Origin: Patescibacteria group bacterium
Lineage (GTDB): Bacteria > Patescibacteriota > JABMPQ01 > JAQVVF01
Reading direction: 5' to 3'
Assembly: GCA_041662665.1 (NCBI GenBank)
Contig: JBAZSC010000001.1
Span: forward strand, 193,511-257,510
Length of the DNA: 64,000 nucleotides
The notes under the pieces were generated by a model that had not been told where the DNA came from, did not search any database, and was given only the letters and a program-made list of their open reading frames with translations. This document shows, one piece after another, positions 57,058 to 64,000 of this stretch (position 1 is the first letter of the stretch; each line of letters begins with the position of its first letter). Made by a program: the position numbers and the translations under genes.

Positions 57058-58117
57058 CATTTCAATCGGCAGAATAACAATAACTGATAAAGCTCTGTTT
57101 ACAAAGCATATGGCAGTCATGCTTAAAGCTGGGCTTACAATTAACGATGCTTTAGACGTTGCTTTTGAAGAATCAACTGGTCGATTCTCAAATATTTTAA
57201 GAGACGTAAAAGAAAAAGTTTTGGCAGGCTCAACTCTGGCTGATGCATTATCAAAGTATGAAAAAGTCTTCTCAAATCTTTACGTTAATATAATTAGAGT
57301 TGGCGAAAAAAGCGGTACTTTGGTTGAAAGTTTAGAGCAATTAGCAATTCAGCTAGAAAAAGAAAATGAGCTTCGCAGCAAAATTTCTCAAGCCATGCTC
57401 TATCCAATTATTGTTTTAGCTGCTGTAATTTTAGTTGGTGGCGGTATTTCAATTTTTGTTTTGCCAAAATTAACGAGCCTTTTTCAAGTTTTTCAAGGTC
57501 AATTGCCATTGTCTACCCAAATCTTACTTTATATTGTGAATATCTTAGTAAAATACGGCATTTATATTTTTCCTGGATTAATAGTTTTAACATTTTTTTT
57601 AATCTGGCTTACTCGCACAAAATTAATTAAGCCAATTTGGCATGCTATTTTATTAAAAATGCCTATTGTCAGCCCAATTGTAAAAAATTTAAGCCTCGCT
57701 CAATTCAATCGAAATTTTGGCACATTATTAAAAAGCGGTTTGCCAGCAACAGAAAGTTTGGAGATTGTCGCTGACAGTATGCAAAATGAAGTTTATAGAA
57801 GAAAAATAAAATACATTTCCAAAGAAATACAAAGCGGCAAAAATATTTCTGATGTCATTTCCAAAATGGACAAAATATTTCCTAAGGTCACTTCAAAAAT
57901 GATTAATGTCGGCGAAAAATCTGGAACTTTAGATACAGTCTTAATTTTTCTTGCCAAATTTTATGAATCCGAAGTCGACAAAGCCTCAAAAAATTTGTCA
58001 GTAACTTTAGAGCCAGTATTGTTAGTCATAATTGGTTTTGTTGTCGGTTTTGTTGTTATGGCAATCATCACTCCAATTTACTCGTTAACAAGTACAATCG
58101 GCAGTCAAACTCCGTAA
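57041..58117 (+). CDS. pilC: Type IV pilus platform protein PilC (GspF family)
   Basis: Two T2SSF repeats, each with a GEKSGTL motif, and three TM segments. Confidence 0.8.
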   Translation: MARKFNISIGRITITDKALFTKHMAVMLKAGLTINDALDVAFEESTGRFSNILRDVKEKVLAGSTLADALSKYEKVFSNLYVNIIRVGEKSGTLVESLEQLAIQLEKENELRSKISQAMLYPIIVLAAVILVGGGISIFVLPKLTSLFQVFQGQLPLSTQILLYIVNILVKYGIYIFPGLIVLTFFLIWLTRTKLIKPIWHAILLKMPIVSPIVKNLSLAQFNRNFGTLLKSGLPATESLEIVADSMQNEVYRRKIKYISKEIQSGKNISDVISKMDKIFPKVTSKMINVGEKSGTLDTVLIFLAKFYESEVDKASKNLSVTLEPVLLVIIGFVVGFVVMAIITPIYSLTSTIGSQTP

Positions 58118-58206
58118 CTACGGATAATTCGGATTACATGCGGATATTAACGGATTTATTTTCGTTCCGCGTGCAATCCGTATAATTCGCACGTATTTAA
58201 AAAAAT

Positions 58207-58653
58207 ATGAGAGGATTTACATTGATTGAATTAATTTTGGTCATTGCTATTTCCGCGACATTAGCAGCCTTGGCAGTTCCAACTATTGGTCAGTTTTCAA
58301 ATCGTACCCAAATCGATGCTACTGAAACAGAAATTATCAGTGCTTTAAGACTTGCTCAAGCAAAAGCAATGGCAGTTGAACAAGACTCCAAATTTGGAGT
58401 TTATTTTGATAATGTTAATCAAAAATTTTATATTTTTAGAGGACTAAATTTTGGCGATAATCCATCAGAAAATATTGAATATAATTATCCAAATGTAATC
58501 AATGTTGCTCAAAGTTTTACAGGCAACCAAGCTGATTTTGAAAAACTTTTCGGCACAACCACTGACACAGGAAATATCGTTATTACAAATAATATTGGGC
58601 AAACCAGAACCATTAATGTTAGTTCTGTTGGCAAAATTGAATACGCGGAATAA
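58207..58653 (+). CDS. Pseudopilin/minor pilin (GspH-like) with a prepilin signal
   Basis: MRGFTLIELILVIAISATLAALAVP is present. Confidence 0.75.
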   Translation: MRGFTLIELILVIAISATLAALAVPTIGQFSNRTQIDATETEIISALRLAQAKAMAVEQDSKFGVYFDNVNQKFYIFRGLNFGDNPSENIEYNYPNVINVAQSFTGNQADFEKLFGTTTDTGNIVITNNIGQTRTINVSSVGKIEYAE

Positions 58654-58697
58654 ACGGATTACACGCGGACACTTTTATTTTTTATTAAATTTATTTA

Positions 58698-59150
58698 ATG
58701 GTTATAATAACAAAATCAGGCCAACCATTATTATATGAAAAAGAATCTTATGTATTAAGAGGAATATGGATGGATATTTATAATTCTTTGGGTCCAGGAC
58801 ATAAAGAAATTGTTTATGGAAATGCATTTGAACATACATTAAGAAATAATAAAATTCCATTTATTAGAGAACCAATTATTTCATTGATTTATGACGGAAA
58901 AAAGGTTGGTACTTATCGTCCTGATTTTATAACTTTTAACGAAATTATCGTTGAGTTTAAGTCTTTGAATATAATTCCCCAAGTTTTTTATAAAAAGATC
59001 TATCAGTATTTAAAAAGTTCTCAATATAAATTAGCTTTTATCGTTAATTTTGGAACAACCGAATTACAAATTATCAGACGTATTTATGACATCAAACGTC
59101 AAAAAAAATCAGTGGCATCCGCGTGCAATCCGTACAAATTCGTATTGTAA
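58698..59150 (+). CDS. GxxExxY protein (PD-(D/E)XK-like fold family), inserted inside the pilus operon
   Basis: GHKEIVY (GxxExxY), RPDFIT and EFK motifs are present, with a C-terminal YLK...AFIVNFG. Confidence 0.7.
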   Translation: MVIITKSGQPLLYEKESYVLRGIWMDIYNSLGPGHKEIVYGNAFEHTLRNNKIPFIREPIISLIYDGKKVGTYRPDFITFNEIIVEFKSLNIIPQVFYKKIYQYLKSSQYKLAFIVNFGTTELQIIRRIYDIKRQKKSVASACNPYKFVL

Positions 59151-62016
59151 AGGCCAAAGTCTAGTTGAAATTGTCATTGCTTTAGGAATTTTCGTTATAA
59201 TCACAAGTGGCATAATAACGCTGTCTTTAGGTTCTCTAATTTCCGAACGCCAAGGCGGAGAAATTACTCAAGCCACTTTTTTTATGCAACAAGGCGCTGA
59301 AGCAACGAGATCAATTCAAGATTTAGCATACAATAAATTAGCATATTATTCAGATGGCTTAACTCATGGCCTTGATAATTCTTCAGGCGTCTGGGAGTGG
59401 TCAGGATTAAATAACATTAAAGATCAATTTACCAGAACGATAAAAATAGAAGACGTAACGCGTGATACCTCTGGCAATATTGGAGCAGGAATAAATGACT
59501 TAGAAACAAAAAAAATAACCGTTTCATCAGATTGGGCATTTGCTTTAGGCCGTGCCAATCAGGTTCAATCAATTTTTTATCTTACAAATTGGAATCGAGG
59601 ATTATGGGTTGAAGATACAGTTGCTGATTTTAGCGATGGCATTTTTAATGATACTTATGTATCCAATGATTTTGGCGGAGAAATAAAACTTGCAAAAAAT
59701 TCAAATACAACTTGGCAATGCGGTACTCAATCAGGAACTTTAAATCTTCCTTCCGTCGTCAATGCTACAGATGTTGTTACAGTTGGCAATATTTCTTACG
59801 TTACGACTCTTAATAATACAAGTGGTGCGGAATTTTATATTATAGATGTTTTCAATCCAGCTAGTCTTTCAATACTAGGATCATTGAATATTGGCACTGC
59901 TGCAAATGGAGTTTTTGTTAGTGGCAATTACGCCTATGTCGCTACCAACAGCGATTCTCAAGAACTAATGGTTATTGACATTACTAATCCTGGCAGTTTA
60001 TCAATTAATGGATCATATGATGCTGATTTCGCCAGCAATGCCAATAATGTTTTTGTTGATTCAGGCTATGCTTATCTTGTTACTAACATTAATAATTCTG
60101 GCGGACCAAACCCAGAATTCTATGTATTAGATGTTTCTACTCCAACCTCGCCTAGCTTGGAAGGTTCTTTAGATATCGGCGCAAATATTTTTTCTGCTTT
60201 TTATGATAATAATAAAGTTTATGTAAGTTCTTCTAATAATAGTGCTGAAATGAACATTGTCGATGTCTCAACAAAAAATAATCCTAACATTATTGGTTCG
60301 TACGATGCTCCATCGAGCTTTGATGGAACTGACACTTTTGCTTCTGGCAACACCGCTTATTTAACAACTAACGATAATGGCATTGGAGATGAATTTTATG
60401 TTCTAAATGTTACTAATCCTGGAAGCATAACAGTTATTGGCTCTTATAATGTTAACGGCAATGCCCTTTCTGTTTTTGTTGATCCAGGTGCTACAACAGC
60501 ATTTATTGGAAACTCTCAGAGCCTTCAGCAATTTAAAGTAATAGACATCACAACTCCATCATCACCGACTTTGCTCAAATCTTTTAATGCTAATGGTAAT
60601 GTTCGCAGTGTTTATTTTGCTAACAATAAAGTCTATTTAACTTCAGACAGCGGTACTCAAGAATTTCAAATTTTTCAACCAAACACTGGTAATTCCTGGG
60701 ATTGTATCAAGCAAACTGGTATTTATGATAGTACTGGCCTGCAAGATGCAACTGACGTTAATGTGGTTGCAGTTAGCAACCGAGCCTATATTACTACAGT
60801 TAATAATGCTGCAGGAAATGAATTCTATATTCTTGATATTTCAACACCGTCAACGCCAACTCTGCTTGGTTCTCTTGACTTGAACGCTGATGCTAACGCT
60901 CTGTATATCAATGGCAATTACGCCTATATTGCTACGTCTAGCGATAATCAGGAATTAATGGTTGTAAACATTACGAATCCAGGATCTTTGTCTATCAATG
61001 GTTCATATGATGCCGACTCCAATGTTGATGCCACTGATGTTTTTGTCTCTGGAAATTATGCTTACTTAACTACTAAAGTAAACTCAACTGTTGGCATTAA
61101 TCCAGAATTCTATATTCTTGATATTACAACTCCTACCAACCCCGCGCTAACTGGATATTTGGAGCCTGATACCAATGTAAATTCTGTTTTTTATTCCAAC
61201 GATAAAGCATATCTTGCCACAATTAAAGACATTCAAGAATTAATTATTGTTGATGTAACAAACAAAGCTATTCCTGCAGTTGCTGGAATCTATGATGCGC
61301 CAACTGGGATTGATGCTTCAGCTGTCTGGGTTAATGGCAATACTGCCTATTTTGTTAGAAAAAATATGATCGGTAGCAATCCAGAATTTCAAGTTCTTGA
61401 TGTTACAAATCCTGCTTCAGTTTTTGAAATTGGCAGCTTAGACCTTCAAGCAGCCGGTCTATGCATATATGTTGACAACAATCATGCCTTTGTAGGCACC
61501 TCTGCCACAGATCAAGAAGCGCAAATTATTGATATCTCTAATCCCGCAAGTCCATCTCGCATTAATTCCATTGATGCCAATGGCGATGTTAATGGAATAT
61601 CCTCTGCCGTCAACGCTATTTATCTTGCGACCGCAAATAATTCTGAAGAATTTCAAATCTGGAGTCAAGTTGCAACATACCAGACATTTGGCACTTATGA
61701 ATCATCAGAGTTCGGTCCAGTTTCTAATTTTAATTTAATAAAATGGACTGAAAATATTCCTTCAGTTAATGAAGATTTGCTAGTTCAAATCAAGACCGCT
61801 CCTGATAATGCTGGCGTTCCAGGAGTTTGGTATTCAAATTGGTGTGGACCGTTAGGCAAGATCGGCAATGATACCAACTTTTTTACTGATTCAAATGGCC
61901 AGATAATTAATCCAAATATGATTGGAGATAATTGGATAAAATATAAATTGACTTTAACCGGTAATGGTACTGATACTCCAGCCTTGCGAAGCCATACAGT
62001 TAATTATAAACCATAA
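59086..62016 (+). CDS. Modular type IV pilin: prepilin-like N-terminus (…KGQSLVEIVIALGIFVI) fused to a ~900-aa LVIVD-repeat beta-propeller-like domain
   Basis: A class-III signal-like KG|QSLVE is followed by a hydrophobic helix. There are at least 12 repeats of the pattern G.YAY(V/L)(A/T)T..........(L/F).V(I/V)D(I/V)(T/S)NP..., for example QELMVIDITNPGSLSINGSYDA. The ORF is open from 59050, and its 5' end overlaps the GxxExxY gene. Confidence 0.6.
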   Translation: MTSNVKKNQWHPRAIRTNSYCKGQSLVEIVIALGIFVIITSGIITLSLGSLISERQGGEITQATFFMQQGAEATRSIQDLAYNKLAYYSDGLTHGLDNSSGVWEWSGLNNIKDQFTRTIKIEDVTRDTSGNIGAGINDLETKKITVSSDWAFALGRANQVQSIFYLTNWNRGLWVEDTVADFSDGIFNDTYVSNDFGGEIKLAKNSNTTWQCGTQSGTLNLPSVVNATDVVTVGNISYVTTLNNTSGAEFYIIDVFNPASLSILGSLNIGTAANGVFVSGNYAYVATNSDSQELMVIDITNPGSLSINGSYDADFASNANNVFVDSGYAYLVTNINNSGGPNPEFYVLDVSTPTSPSLEGSLDIGANIFSAFYDNNKVYVSSSNNSAEMNIVDVSTKNNPNIIGSYDAPSSFDGTDTFASGNTAYLTTNDNGIGDEFYVLNVTNPGSITVIGSYNVNGNALSVFVDPGATTAFIGNSQSLQQFKVIDITTPSSPTLLKSFNANGNVRSVYFANNKVYLTSDSGTQEFQIFQPNTGNSWDCIKQTGIYDSTGLQDATDVNVVAVSNRAYITTVNNAAGNEFYILDISTPSTPTLLGSLDLNADANALYINGNYAYIATSSDNQELMVVNITNPGSLSINGSYDADSNVDATDVFVSGNYAYLTTKVNSTVGINPEFYILDITTPTNPALTGYLEPDTNVNSVFYSNDKAYLATIKDIQELIIVDVTNKAIPAVAGIYDAPTGIDASAVWVNGNTAYFVRKNMIGSNPEFQVLDVTNPASVFEIGSLDLQAAGLCIYVDNNHAFVGTSATDQEAQIIDISNPASPSRINSIDANGDVNGISSAVNAIYLATANNSEEFQIWSQVATYQTFGTYESSEFGPVSNFNLIKWTENIPSVNEDLLVQIKTAPDNAGVPGVWYSNWCGPLGKIGNDTNFFTDSNGQIINPNMIGDNWIKYKLTLTGNGTDTPALRSHTVNYKP

Positions 62017-62057
62017 AAACTAGTAACTAGTAATTTGTAACAGGATCCGATTTACTT

Positions 62058-62573
62058 ATGAAACAAAAAGGCTTTACATTGATAGAGCTGATGCTCTCAA
62101 TAGCAATCATTTCCATTTTTATAACTGGCTTGGCTTATTTTAGTATTGATATTTTTAAATCAAAAGCTAAGGCTTCATCTGTTGCCGAAGTTCAAGAAAA
62201 TGTTCGTTTTGCTATGCAAAAAATGTCATTATATATTTTAAATTCACAAGAAGGAATTAATAATGCAGATTCGCAATTTTACCCAACCAATCCAGGAAGA
62301 TTGCATGTTAATATGGGACCAGGAGCAGGGGACGATGTAATTTTTACAGTTAGCTCTAATCAAATCCAAATAACAATTGGCGCTGCATCTGCCGTACCAA
62401 TTACAACTAATGAAGTAAAAATAAATACTTTAACTTTCAAGAATAATTCTAGTAATAATACTCCTGGAAATTACACCATCAATATCACAGGCCAATACAA
62501 TAATTTAGGAACAAAAAAAGAATTTGATTATACTTATGATACGGAAACATCAGTGACTTTAAGGAGACCTTAA
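62058..62573 (+). CDS. Minor pilin with a prepilin signal
   Basis: [26 protein letters not shown] is present. Confidence 0.75.
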   Translation: MKQKGFTLIELMLSIAIISIFITGLAYFSIDIFKSKAKASSVAEVQENVRFAMQKMSLYILNSQEGINNADSQFYPTNPGRLHVNMGPGAGDDVIFTVSSNQIQITIGAASAVPITTNEVKINTLTFKNNSSNNTPGNYTINITGQYNNLGTKKEFDYTYDTETSVTLRRP

Positions 62574-62674
62574 ATTAATTATAAAGTTAATATTTTATGA
62601 CAAGAAATATTGAATATTTAATATTAAATATTAACTATAAAAAAATATAATATTCAATATTTAATATTCAATTT

Positions 62675-63067
62675 ATGTCAGAAAAAGGACAAATAGCTCT
62701 CATCGCAGTCTTAATTATTTCTGCCGCAGTTTTAATCGTATCGTTGGCGATCAGTTCAATTGGCGTTAATGAAACTTTAATGAGCTTTGATGATCAGCAA
62801 GGCGAGCAGTCTTTTTTGATTGCCGATTCTTGTGTTAATGAAGCATTGATGCGTTTGAAAAGAGTTAAAGCAGGAGAAGAAGCAGCTTATGTTGGAGGTA
62901 CTTTGAATTTTGGTACAGATTCATGTATAATTACAGTAACTCCTCAAGTCAACAATCAAATTATTGATGTTACTTCAACTGTTAATTCAAAAATAAATCG
63001 AAAAATCCAAGTCGTTTTGCAATGGAATCCAACTTATGCTTTAACTTCTTGGCAAGAAATACAATAA
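62675..63067 (+). CDS. PilX-like pilus assembly protein (PilX N-terminal-type hydrophobic segment)
   Basis: MSEKGQIALIAVLIISAAVLIVSLAISS is followed by a small globular domain. Confidence 0.55.
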   Translation: MSEKGQIALIAVLIISAAVLIVSLAISSIGVNETLMSFDDQQGEQSFLIADSCVNEALMRLKRVKAGEEAAYVGGTLNFGTDSCIITVTPQVNNQIIDVTSTVNSKINRKIQVVLQWNPTYALTSWQEIQ

Positions 63068-63071
63068 AAAT

Positions 63072-63248
63072 ATGATACAACAAAAAACAACAGCTCAAGA
63101 TATACAGGACAATATTTTTAAAAAAATGACTGCTGATCAAAAAATTAAATTAGGCAGTCAATTATGGAGGCTAGCAAAAGATTTAGTTGGTAATAAAATT
63201 GATTATGGAACAAACAGATCCAAGACAACTTTTAATAAACATCGTTAA
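63072..63248 (+). CDS. 58-aa small ORF (MIQQKTTAQDIQDNIFKKMTADQKIKLGSQLWRLAKDLVGNKIDYGTNRSKTTFNKHR) overlapping the start of the nucleotidyltransferase gene; possibly a cognate partner
   Basis: It is not in the ORF track because it is under 60 aa. It overlaps the downstream ORF by ~44 nt in another frame. Confidence 0.25.
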   Translation: MIQQKTTAQDIQDNIFKKMTADQKIKLGSQLWRLAKDLVGNKIDYGTNRSKTTFNKHR

Positions 63249-63768
63249 AATTCTTGAAAAATTAAAAATTCCTTATTTTGTAACTGGTGGCATGGCTGTT
63301 TTAATTTGGGGAAGACCGCGATTTACCGCTGATATTGATCTCATTATTGTTTTAAAGGCAGATGACATCAACAAACTTGAAAAAGCTTTATTAGCATTTA
63401 GTAAAGCTGGTTATGTTGATAAAGAAGCCATCAAAGATGCTTTTTTTAGGCACGGAGAATTTAACTTTATTGACGGAGAAACAGGCGTAAAAGTTGATTT
63501 TTGGATTTCCAAAAATGATCAATTTGATTCATCTAGATTAAAAAGAAAAATTACTAAAAATATCTTAAACAAAAATATATATTTTTCTTCGCCAGAAGAT
63601 CTGATTCTAATAAAACTTTTATGGTACAAAGAATCACCACTAAGTCGTCAGCTAGAAGATGTTGAATCTGTATTCAAGATTTCTGGTGATAAACTTGATA
63701 AAAAATATTTAAAGCAATGGGCAAGTAAATTAGGAGTCTCAGAAATATTAAAAAAAATTAAATATTAA
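63205..63768 (+). CDS. Nucleotidyltransferase-fold protein (AbiEii/ANT(2'')-like minimal NTase)
   Basis: VTGGMAVLIWGRPRFTADIDLII carries the GG...D-x-D signature of pol-beta-type NTases. The ORF is open from 63187. Confidence 0.5.
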   Translation: MEQTDPRQLLINIVKILEKLKIPYFVTGGMAVLIWGRPRFTADIDLIIVLKADDINKLEKALLAFSKAGYVDKEAIKDAFFRHGEFNFIDGETGVKVDFWISKNDQFDSSRLKRKITKNILNKNIYFSSPEDLILIKLLWYKESPLSRQLEDVESVFKISGDKLDKKYLKQWASKLGVSEILKKIKY

Positions 63769-63781
63769 TTACAAATCTTTC

Positions 63782-64000
63782 ATGTCATTTTTTTCCAAAA
63801 AATATTTCGGCATTGATATTTATGATAATTCAATAAAAATAATGGAATTATCAGGAAATTCTATCTCAGCAAATTTAGCAACTTACAGTAGTCTTGATTT
63901 ACAGCCAGACATTGTAAAAAATGGCCAAGTTATAAATCAAAATTTATTAACGCAAGCAATTAAGCAAGCTCTTTCAAATGCAAAACCAAAAAAAATTTCG
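63782..64000 (+). CDS. pilM: Type IV pilus assembly protein PilM, N-terminal part (truncated by the window edge)
   Basis: MSFFSKKYFGIDIYDNSIKIMEL... is the actin-like PilM N-terminus. Confidence 0.7.
   Translation, partial: MSFFSKKYFGIDIYDNSIKIMELSGNSISANLATYSSLDLQPDIVKNGQVINQNLLTQAIKQALSNAKPKKIS

Overview
This is a low-GC (~30%) bacterial chromosomal segment with short genes, weak Shine-Dalgarno signals and standard stop codons. The gene content is consistent with a Patescibacteria (CPR)-like or other small-genome organism. That consistency rests on stand-alone four-helix-bundle and GxxExxY genes, the abundance of type IV pilus genes, murT-gatD and an interrupted por operon, and it is an inference.

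Recognisable content, left to right:
- murT-gatD (lipid II amidation)
- tRNA-Arg plus a tRNA 3'-half fragment, and tRNA-Ser
- a CDF transporter
- an FN3/discoidin/GATase1 fusion protein
- a gadC-gadB-like glutamate decarboxylase/antiporter pair
- an MliC-like lysozyme inhibitor
- two secreted M23 peptidases
- comF, a clpC-like AAA+ gene and recX
- type IV pilus locus 1: pilT, major pilin, second pilin, pilD
- large secreted repeat proteins (CarbopepD-like and BNR/Asp-box)
- a tandem pair of diverging paralogs with a ligA 5' stub at the junction, followed by intact ligA
- gatC-gatA, htrA and a YqeY-like gene
- two CDP-alcohol phosphatidyltransferases and a CapA-like gene
- a pyruvate:ferredoxin oxidoreductase operon (porG-D-A ... 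B) interrupted by a GDPD gene and four-helix-bundle cassettes
- a membrane-sensor / multi-PAS-GAF / SBP / histidine kinase / response regulator block
- type IV pilus locus 2: pilB, response regulator, pilC, pseudopilin, GxxExxY insertion, a ~970-aa modular pilin with LVIVD repeats, a minor pilin, a PilX-like protein and the start of pilM

The most unusual features:
- the modular LVIVD pilin
- short tandem repeats positioned to phase-vary pilD and a BNR surface-protein gene
- four-helix-bundle gene cassettes bounded by terminal repeats, including one inside the por operon
- a [13 protein letters not shown] promoter/operator module shared by the gad locus and a surface-protein gene
- a C-terminal 'LMIGRELKxIELK' motif shared by three adjacent ORFs
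- intergenic regions built from family-specific palindromic word repeats
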